Shown: positions 1 through 6,225 of the stretch, piece after piece
Layout of the letters: every line of letters begins with the position of its first letter
Numbering within the stretch: position 1 is the stretch's first letter
Origin: Hyphomicrobiales bacterium
GTDB lineage: Bacteria; Pseudomonadota; Alphaproteobacteria; Rhizobiales; NORP267
Direction: 5' to 3'
Assembly (NCBI GenBank): GCA_021775875.1
Contig: JAJFHA010000027.1
Coordinates: forward strand, 21,599 to 85,598
DNA: 64,000 nt
Made by a program: the position numbers and the translations under genes
Notes under the pieces: model-generated
Seen by the model: the letters and a program-made list of their open reading frames with translations, nothing else
Told to the model about the DNA's origin: nothing
Databases searched by the model: none

Positions 1-348
1 GTTGGCAATTATGTACTCCTGTCCGGCCACGGATTTGCCTGGAGTCAAGACCCGTTAATTGCATTCAATCCTGTTTGTGGGGGAGGGTTCGAATGCTGGT
101 AATCAAATGCAGGATCAGGCTTTCTGCTTTATCGAGCATTGTTAGCCAGCAGGCGGGACCGTCGCCGGAGAATGGAGACAATTGATAGGTCATGACCCTG
201 GTTTTGAGGCTGAATTTAAGGCTGACTGCGGCAATAATTTTACGCATCGTAAAAGAATCAATGGTAAAAATAATCAGTGTAAGGCATTGTTTTTAAGAGG
301 TAAAATAAGACGTGAACAGATCATAAAGTGACCGGAATCGACGTTTTT

Positions 349-366
349 TGTGTCATTTGTGTAACA
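349..366 (+). promoter_or_regulatory. TGT-N12-ACA box upstream of porin 1
   Basis: TGTGTCATTTGTGTAACA; ends 49 nt before a TTGAAC -35-like hexamer at 415 (-10-like TATCAAT follows); same layout as upstream of porin 2. Regulator unknown. Confidence 0.4.
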
Positions 367-555
367 CTCTTTTCCTATTCGCTCCGAACCAGACCTTTTG
401 GGTGCTGAAATCGGTTGAACTAGCTCTCTTCCTTGGTATCAATGCACCTATGCTTTTGCGCATTTGCGTTCAAGTACCAACCCTGCAGCCAGGTTATCCG
501 GGCAAACCCGAAAGGTGGTCGCAGGAAATTTTCGAAGGATTTAGGAGGTCCTATT

Positions 556-1869
556 ATGACTAAACTTAAGAGCCTATTGCTGGGTACTGCGGGAGCTCTT
601 CTGCTTTCCTCAGGCGCAGCTGTAGCAGCTGACCAGCCGCAGGCGCCACAGCGCACTCCGGTCTGGGCATGTGACATTACCGGTTTCTGGGAACTTCCCG
701 GCACCGATATCTGCTTCAAGGTTGGTGGCTATGCCAAAGCCGACCTGATCCTCACTTTTGATGAATTCAATGCTAATCCAGGCGGTCTTGCCGCTGGTGG
801 TTCTGGCTCAGAATTTCTCGACACGGTTTTTGGCCTGGTCGGGATTGCCCGGGGTGGCGCTGGTACACTGGGTAATGGCGACGAAGCCCGTATCCATGCT
901 CGCCAGTCCCGTGTTAACTTTGATGCTCGTACGAACACTTCTTATGGTACCGTTCGCGCATTCATCGAAGGTGACTTCTTTGGTACAGGTGGCAACGAGA
1001 CGATTTCAAACTCGTCTGCGCTTCGCCTGCGTCATGCTTTCGTTCAGTTCGGCAACCTGCTTGCCGGTCAGACCTGGGGCACCTTCATGAATCTCCCGGC
1101 ACTTTACGACACCCTCGACTTTGGTGGTGCCGGTGCTGTGAGCTTTATCCGTCAAGCCCAGTTCCGCTGGACCCAGCCTTTGGGCAATGGTGTGAGCCTT
1201 GTTGTGGCGATCGAAAACCCGGAAAACATGGATATTCGTAACGTTGCGTTGCGGACTTCTGTTAATGACGAAGTTCCGGATTTTGTAGCCAAGCTGGTCG
1301 TTGCACAGGCATGGGGTCATATCGAACTTGCTGGTGTGCTTCGTGACATGCAGGGTGGCCAAGTGGCTGGAGCTGCTAATCTTCCGCTCATGCCAGCTGG
1401 CACCGTTCTCGAAGATGAAGTTGGCTGGGCCGTTTCATTTAGTGGCCGGATCAAACTTCCGGTTGCCAATGGCAAAGATGATATCCGCTTTAACGCCATC
1501 TACAGTGATGGTGGCACCCGGTATCTTCTTAATGCTGCTCTGATGGGTCTAGCCAATGGCGGAACCGAAGGTGCTCGTGAATGGAACAATGCAGGTCAAT
1601 TGCTTGAATCCTACGGTGTATCCGCTGGTTTCCGGCATTTCTGGTCGGATAACCTCCGGTCCAACCTGATCGGTAGTGTCACGGTCCTCGACAATGTTCT
1701 TATTGGCACTTCTGTTGAAGAGACCCACACGGTCTTTGCCAACCTGATCTGGTCGCCTGTACCGCGTGTCGATATGGGTATCGAGTTTATCTGGTCAGAA
1801 CTTGAACTTCTGAACGGTACCTCGGCTGATCTGTCTCGCCTTCAGGTCTCAGTCTCACGCAGCTTCTAG
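556..1869 (+). CDS. Major outer-membrane porin, copy 1 (Omp2/RopA-type N-terminus, DcaP-like barrel motifs)
   Basis: ATG 556 after GGAGG (544-548); signal peptide MTKLKSLLLGTAGALLLSSGAAVA; CDITGFWELPGTDICFKVGGY resembles the Omp2/RopA N-terminal Cys motif; ARQSR..YGTVRAFIEGDF, LRLRHAF, LLAGQTW; C-terminal Phe. The track start at 433 is too far upstream. Confidence 0.9.
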   Translation: MTKLKSLLLGTAGALLLSSGAAVAADQPQAPQRTPVWACDITGFWELPGTDICFKVGGYAKADLILTFDEFNANPGGLAAGGSGSEFLDTVFGLVGIARGGAGTLGNGDEARIHARQSRVNFDARTNTSYGTVRAFIEGDFFGTGGNETISNSSALRLRHAFVQFGNLLAGQTWGTFMNLPALYDTLDFGGAGAVSFIRQAQFRWTQPLGNGVSLVVAIENPENMDIRNVALRTSVNDEVPDFVAKLVVAQAWGHIELAGVLRDMQGGQVAGAANLPLMPAGTVLEDEVGWAVSFSGRIKLPVANGKDDIRFNAIYSDGGTRYLLNAALMGLANGGTEGAREWNNAGQLLESYGVSAGFRHFWSDNLRSNLIGSVTVLDNVLIGTSVEETHTVFANLIWSPVPRVDMGIEFIWSELELLNGTSADLSRLQVSVSRSF

Positions 1870-1950
1870 GCTTCGTTTGATCTGAACTAGTCAGGTATCT
1901 GACACGTCCGTTTCTGACAGACCCCGGTGGTTTTCGGACCACCGGGGTTT
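625..1950 (+). repeat. Direct repeat copy 1 (1326 bp, pairs with 2617-3942)
   Basis: Same 1992-nt offset at the start (GCAGCTGACC), internally and at the terminator; 35 amino-acid differences counted over the 413-aa mature proteins. Confidence 0.95.
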
Positions 1951-1954
1951 TTTT
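1920..1954 (+). terminator. Rho-independent terminator of porin 1
   Basis: GACCCCGGTGGTT-TTCG-GACCACCGGGG followed by a run of 7 T. Confidence 0.9.
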
Positions 1955-2007
1955 GTGTGTAGTTTTTGAATTTATCATTCTGAATGTCCTCTGAATCCCC
2001 CCAAAAT

Positions 2008-2144
2008 CCGTCATTCCGGGATAAGCCGGAATCCAGAGCGGACGTGCTAAGTGTTGGATCGCTAAAGCTGGATCCCGGATCGCACGGCGGGTCAACGTTT
2101 GCGCCATGCAAGATATCCAGGCCGCCGCTTGTCCGGGATGACGG
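2008..2144. repeat. CGTC-type REP-like palindromic element (inverted dimer)
   Basis: CCGTCATTCCGG-GATAAG-CCGGAATCCAG ... CTGGATCCCGGA ... GTCCGGGATGACGG; typical alphaproteobacterial CGTCAT.../...ATGACG repeat. Only copy I found in the window. Confidence 0.7.
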
Positions 2145-2289
2145 GGAGACTAAAGTTGTTTCGAATCAAAATTCTGCCTGAATTCGCCTATCTCTTGACA
2201 TAATCCAGCGACAAAACATTTTCCTTCGCGGTGAAATTTACAAAAAATTTTGGCCGAATTCACGAGAAAAACCGGTTTGCGTCACGTTT

Positions 2290-2309
2290 CTGTGATCAAA
2301 ATATCACAG
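2290..2309 (+). promoter_or_regulatory. Perfect palindrome (TGT-N12-ACA) upstream of porin 2
   Basis: CTGTGAT-CAAAAT-ATCACAG; the ACA ends 48 nt before TTGAAT at 2356, which is followed by a CTATTC -10-like element. Confidence 0.5.
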
Positions 2310-2544
2310 TGCACGGAAAATACCTCTGCAGACCATCAGAATGCGGTTCTTTTCATTGAATTCATAATCAGCCTGCTGTCTATTCAGTTTCGGAACAACT
2401 TGATCTCAGCTCTTGTTAGTTGAAGCAAAGCGTTTCGGACAGGGCAAACGTTCTGTTCTGATGGGGGGTCTGCAGATACCTGCTTCGCCATTTCGGCAAA
2501 AAGGATATCGGGGCCCGACTTTATAACTTTAGTGGAGGTCTATT

Positions 2545-3861
2545 ATGAAAATGACCAAAAATCTGCTTCTCGGGTCGGTCGCCGCAGCCTTTGTGCTGGG
2601 TGGCAGTGCGGCTCTTGCAGCTGACCAGCCGCAGGCGCCACAGCGCACTCCGGTCTGGGCATGTGACATTACCGGTTTCTGGGAACTTCCCAACACCGAT
2701 ATCTGCTTCAAGGTTGGTGGCTATGCCAAAGCCGACCTGATCATCACTTTTGATGAATACAATGCTAATCCAGGCGGTCTTGCCGCTGGTGGTTCTGGCT
2801 CAGAATTTCTCGACACGGTTTTTGGCCTGGTCGGGATTGCACGTGGCGGCGCTGGTACACTGGGTAATGGCGACGAAGTTCGCCTCCATGCTCGCCAGTC
2901 CCGTGTTAACTTTGATGCCCGCACGAACACCTCTTATGGTACCGTTCGCGCATTCATCGAAGGTGACTTCTTTGGTACAGGCGGCAACGAGACGATTTCA
3001 AACTCGTCCGCACTTCGCCTGCGTCATGCTTTCGTTCAGTTCGGCAACCTGCTTGCCGGTCAGACCTGGTCAACCTTTATGGGATTGCCAGCACTTTATG
3101 ACACCCTCGACTTTGGTGGTGCCGGTGCTGTGACCTTCCTTCGTCAATCCCAGTTCCGCTGGACCCAGCCTCTGGGCAATGGTGTGAGCCTTGTTCTGGC
3201 GATCGAAAATCCGGAAAACGCGGATGTTCGTAACGTTGCGTTGCGGACTTCTGTCAATGACGAGTTGCCAGACTTTGTTGCCAAGCTTGTTGTCGGCCAG
3301 GAATGGGGCCATGTCGAACTTGGCATCGTTCTCCGTGACATGCAGGGTGGCCAAGTGGCTGGAGCTGCTAATCTTCCGCTCATGCCAGCTGGCACCGTTC
3401 TCGAAGATGATATTGGCTGGGCTGTTACCTTTAATGGCCGGATCAAACTTCCGGTTGCCAATGGCAAAGATGATATCCGCTTTAACGCCCTCTACAGTGA
3501 AGGTGGTACCCGGTATCTTCTTAATGCAGCTCTGATGGGTCTAGCCAATGGCGGAACCGAAGGTGCTCGTGAATGGAACAATGCAGGTCAATTGCTCGAA
3601 GCTTGGGGTGTATCCGCTGGTTTCCGGCATTTCTGGTCTGATAACCTCCGGTCTAACCTGATCGGTAGTGTCACGCACATGGAAAATGTTCTGATTGGCA
3701 CTTCTGTTGAAGAGACACACACTGTCTTTGCCAACCTGATCTGGTCGCCTGTTCCGCGTGTCGATATGGGTATCGAGTTTATCTGGTCAGAACTTGATCT
3801 TCTGAACGGTACCTCGGCTGATCTGTCTCGCATCATGGCATCCATCTCACGCAGCTTCTAG
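2545..3861 (+). CDS. Major outer-membrane porin, copy 2
   Basis: GGAGG RBS then ATG 2545; different signal peptide MKMTKNLLLGSVAAAFVLGGSAALA; mature protein about 91% identical to copy 1; C-terminal Phe. Confidence 0.9.
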   Translation: MKMTKNLLLGSVAAAFVLGGSAALAADQPQAPQRTPVWACDITGFWELPNTDICFKVGGYAKADLIITFDEYNANPGGLAAGGSGSEFLDTVFGLVGIARGGAGTLGNGDEVRLHARQSRVNFDARTNTSYGTVRAFIEGDFFGTGGNETISNSSALRLRHAFVQFGNLLAGQTWSTFMGLPALYDTLDFGGAGAVTFLRQSQFRWTQPLGNGVSLVLAIENPENADVRNVALRTSVNDELPDFVAKLVVGQEWGHVELGIVLRDMQGGQVAGAANLPLMPAGTVLEDDIGWAVTFNGRIKLPVANGKDDIRFNALYSEGGTRYLLNAALMGLANGGTEGAREWNNAGQLLEAWGVSAGFRHFWSDNLRSNLIGSVTHMENVLIGTSVEETHTVFANLIWSPVPRVDMGIEFIWSELDLLNGTSADLSRIMASISRSF

Positions 3862-3942
3862 GCTTCGTTTGATCTGAACTAGTCAGGTATCTGACACGTC
3901 AGTTTCTGACAGACCCCGGTGGTTTTCGGACCACCGGGGTTT
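2617..3942 (+). repeat. Direct repeat copy 2 (pairs with 625-1950)
   Basis: See copy 1; includes mature porin CDS, 3' UTR and terminator stem. Confidence 0.95.
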
Positions 3943-3943
3943 C
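3912..3943 (+). terminator. Terminator hairpin of porin 2 with short U-tract
   Basis: Same stem-loop as 1920-1954 but followed by TTTC instead of T7. Confidence 0.7.
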
Positions 3944-3959
3944 TAAAAAGAAAGATTTT

Positions 3960-4077
3960 TAATTTACTGCAGCAAGATCGGTCCCGGACTGGTTGAGCGA
4001 TTTGATAACAAAAAACCTCCTAAGTCCTTCAATAGCGTGGAACGGTATTCTCTGAATCCTCTCCGCGCTATTTTTTT
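3960..4077 (+). ncRNA. Candidate small RNA with anti-Shine-Dalgarno seed (5' end uncertain)
   Basis: Short 5' hairpin ATCGGTC/GACTGGT, A-rich linker, ACCTCCTAAGTCCTTC (4015-4030) complementary to 534-549, then hairpin and T7. Prediction only. Confidence 0.45.
4031..4077 (+). terminator. Second intrinsic terminator downstream of porin 2
   Basis: AATAGCGTGGA (4031-4041) pairs with TCCGCGCTATT (4062-4072); inner ATTC/GAAT stem; T run 4071-4077. Confidence 0.65.
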
Positions 4078-4221
4078 GTCTTAACTTGTCTCGTTCACGT
4101 TGGCAGCGCGTGCGTATTATGTTCTTATCGCCATCGAATTTGAGTGCTGTATTTGATGTGATGCTGGCCAAATTAGTTGGACGGATTCATACACGGCGCG
4201 TTCTGAGTGAGGGTTAGTTGC

Positions 4222-5625
4222 ATGTTTCATCCAGCAAAATTTTTGTGGGGGTTGTTGCCGCTTTTGTTGCTCGCATTGGTTACGTTATGGGCCAAGAGCG
4301 ATGCAATTCAGGATGATCTGGCGTCGCGTACGAATACAGAGCGGCGTGCGGAAGGACATCGATGGGCGCGGGTTGAAATGGACGGGCGCGACTTGAGCCT
4401 TACCGGGACCGCGCCGACAGAAGCTGATCGTTCGCAAATGATGGAAATCGCGGCGGCTATTTGGGGTGTCAGGCAGGTTAGTGACAATACCGAACTTCTG
4501 GTGATTTTTGATCCTTATATCTGGTCGGCCGAGAGAACGGATCGCAACATCATTTTGACCGGGTACGCCCCGAATAGAGAGAGTCGCAAAAGCATTGTTG
4601 ATGCTGCGAAAGCCAGTTTCCCGGATTTGCGTGTGAAAAATGAAATTGAATATGGTCGCGGTGCGCCGGTGAATTTTGAAATTGCAACGGCATTTGCATT
4701 TAGCCAGCTAGGGTATTTGCAGGAAGGCAGTGTAACATTTTCCAACCAGACGATTGCTTTTTCGGGCCGGGCCGCGAATTTGGAAAGTTATAATGCGGCA
4801 CTTGCTGTCATTAGCAACCCCGAACTACCCACCGGATTTACACTTGGGGATAGCAATATTTCCCGCCCGATTGCCAGTCCGTTCGTCTTTTCGGTAAAGC
4901 GCGTGGGTCGAAACATTCAATTATCCGGATTTGCCCCCACTGACGAAGAAAAAGCGGGTATTTTGGCTACCGTGGCACGAAAATTCCCGAATTTTGTCAT
5001 AGATGACCAGATCAATATTGCTGACGGTGCGCCTGACGGATGGCGTGCGATAGCAAATTTTGCCTTGCAGCAAATTAGCCGCCTTGTTTCAGGCGAAGCC
5101 GTTATCAGTGATACAGAAATTGCGGTGAGCGGGGAGGCGGTGCATCAGGGGGCGATCGATGGCATTGTTACTGCATTGAATGGTGCACTTCCAGCTGGAT
5201 TTTCAGGTGCTGGCGAGATTGCGATTGCGGCGCCTGGTCCTCCGGTAGATTTATTTGCCTGCCAGGATTTTTTCAATGAAGTGATGGGCAGCGAGAAAAT
5301 CCTGTTCGATGTGGGCGACGCCATGATCAGCATGGATAGCATGCGGGTGATTGATGAAATTGTGGTTGTTGCGCTACGATGCCCCAATGGAAAAATAGCA
5401 ATCCTTGGGCATACAGATGATGATGGTGATGATGCTTCAAACCAGAATTTGAGCGAAGTCCGGGCCAATTCTGTCCGGAGTGCCATGATAGCCGGAGGCA
5501 TCAGCGACACCCGCTTGACGGCGATTGGATATGGCGAAAGCCGTCCTGTTACGTCGAATGAAACCGAAGACGGCAAAGCTGCCAACCGGCGAATCGAATT
5601 CCGGGTTGTCCGGATCCAGTATTAG
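4222..5625 (+). CDS. Membrane-anchored OmpA-family protein with repeated BON-like domains (ArfA/Rv0899-like)
   Basis: N-terminal TM helix; three repeats DGRDLSLTGTAP / TDRNIILTGYAP / VGRNIQLSGFAP; C-terminal OmpA-like domain GHTD...NQNLSEVRANSV...GYGESRPV...NRRIEF. ATG 4222 preferred over GTG 4207. Confidence 0.85.
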   Translation: MFHPAKFLWGLLPLLLLALVTLWAKSDAIQDDLASRTNTERRAEGHRWARVEMDGRDLSLTGTAPTEADRSQMMEIAAAIWGVRQVSDNTELLVIFDPYIWSAERTDRNIILTGYAPNRESRKSIVDAAKASFPDLRVKNEIEYGRGAPVNFEIATAFAFSQLGYLQEGSVTFSNQTIAFSGRAANLESYNAALAVISNPELPTGFTLGDSNISRPIASPFVFSVKRVGRNIQLSGFAPTDEEKAGILATVARKFPNFVIDDQINIADGAPDGWRAIANFALQQISRLVSGEAVISDTEIAVSGEAVHQGAIDGIVTALNGALPAGFSGAGEIAIAAPGPPVDLFACQDFFNEVMGSEKILFDVGDAMISMDSMRVIDEIVVVALRCPNGKIAILGHTDDDGDDASNQNLSEVRANSVRSAMIAGGISDTRLTAIGYGESRPVTSNETEDGKAANRRIEFRVVRIQY

Positions 5626-5634
5626 GAGCGTAGA

Positions 5635-5733
5635 ATGGATTATCTGCTGTCAGAATTATGGCCGTTTATGATCGCTGCATTGGCGATCGGGATTTTCACC
5701 GGTTGGTTGGCTGTCTCTCCGCCACGCTCATAA
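5635..5733 (+). CDS. 32-aa single-TM peptide (ArfB/Rv0900-like), absent from the ORF track
   Basis: AGGAG at 5624-5628, ATG 5635, MDYLLSELWPFMIAALAIGIFTGWLAVSPPRS, TAA 5731-5733; fills the gap between two co-oriented genes. Confidence 0.75.
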   Translation: MDYLLSELWPFMIAALAIGIFTGWLAVSPPRS

Positions 5734-5771
5734 AATTTGGGCGTTGATATAGTTGAATTGAGGATGCTGAA

Positions 5772-6209
5772 ATGGGCTATATGATTTTCCAGACGTTGAT
5801 TTTGTTGCTGGCCGCATTCATTGTCGGTTGCATTTTAGGCTATTGGCTGAAACGCACTTTTGGCGCGTCAAACACTGACAGTCCAACTGCTGTGGCGGTA
5901 TCTCCTGTTCCAGCGGATGGACGTCCGGAATCTTTGGCTGCGCCGATTGGTGGCACCAAAGATGATTTGAAACGGATCAAAGGTGTCGGCAAAGTCATCG
6001 AAGACAAGTTGAACGGTTTGGGGATATTTCATTTCAGCCAGATCGCCGAATGGGGCGCTGATGAAATTACCTGGGTTGACGGGTATCTTTCTTTCAAAGG
6101 CCGGATCGAACGTGACGGTTGGGCCAATCAAGCGAAAACCTTGACCGAAGGCGGAGAAACCAATTTTTCAAAACGCGTCGACAAGGGTGAAGTTGCCAGC
6201 AGTTCCTGA
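5772..6209 (+). CDS. TM protein with helix-hairpin-helix-like domain (ArfC-like position)
   Basis: N-terminal TM MGYMIFQTLILLLAAFIVGCILGYWL; DDLKRIKGVGKVIEDKLNGLGIFHFSQIAEW...GRIERDGW is the domain also seen appended to alphaproteobacterial NuoE. Confidence 0.75.
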   Translation: MGYMIFQTLILLLAAFIVGCILGYWLKRTFGASNTDSPTAVAVSPVPADGRPESLAAPIGGTKDDLKRIKGVGKVIEDKLNGLGIFHFSQIAEWGADEITWVDGYLSFKGRIERDGWANQAKTLTEGGETNFSKRVDKGEVASSS

Positions 6210-6225
6210 TCCGACCGGGATTGGA

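Noticed and set aside
65-247. 60-aa minus-strand ORF at the window start
   Set aside because: No recognisable motif or convincing RBS; cannot be supported without flanking sequence.
433-555. 41-codon N-terminal extension of porin 1 in the ORF track
   Set aside because: The RBS and signal peptide start at 556; 482-525 looks like a 5' UTR hairpin.
2149-2159. ACTAAAGTTGT complementary to ATAACTTTAGT just upstream of the porin 2 SD (possible reciprocal antisense)
   Set aside because: Only 9 perfect bases plus a wobble, does not cover the SD, and has no terminator behind it; compatible with chance.
625-3942. Porin pair as a diversity-generating retroelement template/variable repeat
   Set aside because: No reverse transcriptase in the window, both copies are intact genes, and differences are not confined to adenines.
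3959-4171. 70-aa minus-strand ORF across the sRNA candidate
   Set aside because: No RBS at its start and no recognisable protein features; it runs through a hairpin and T-tract.
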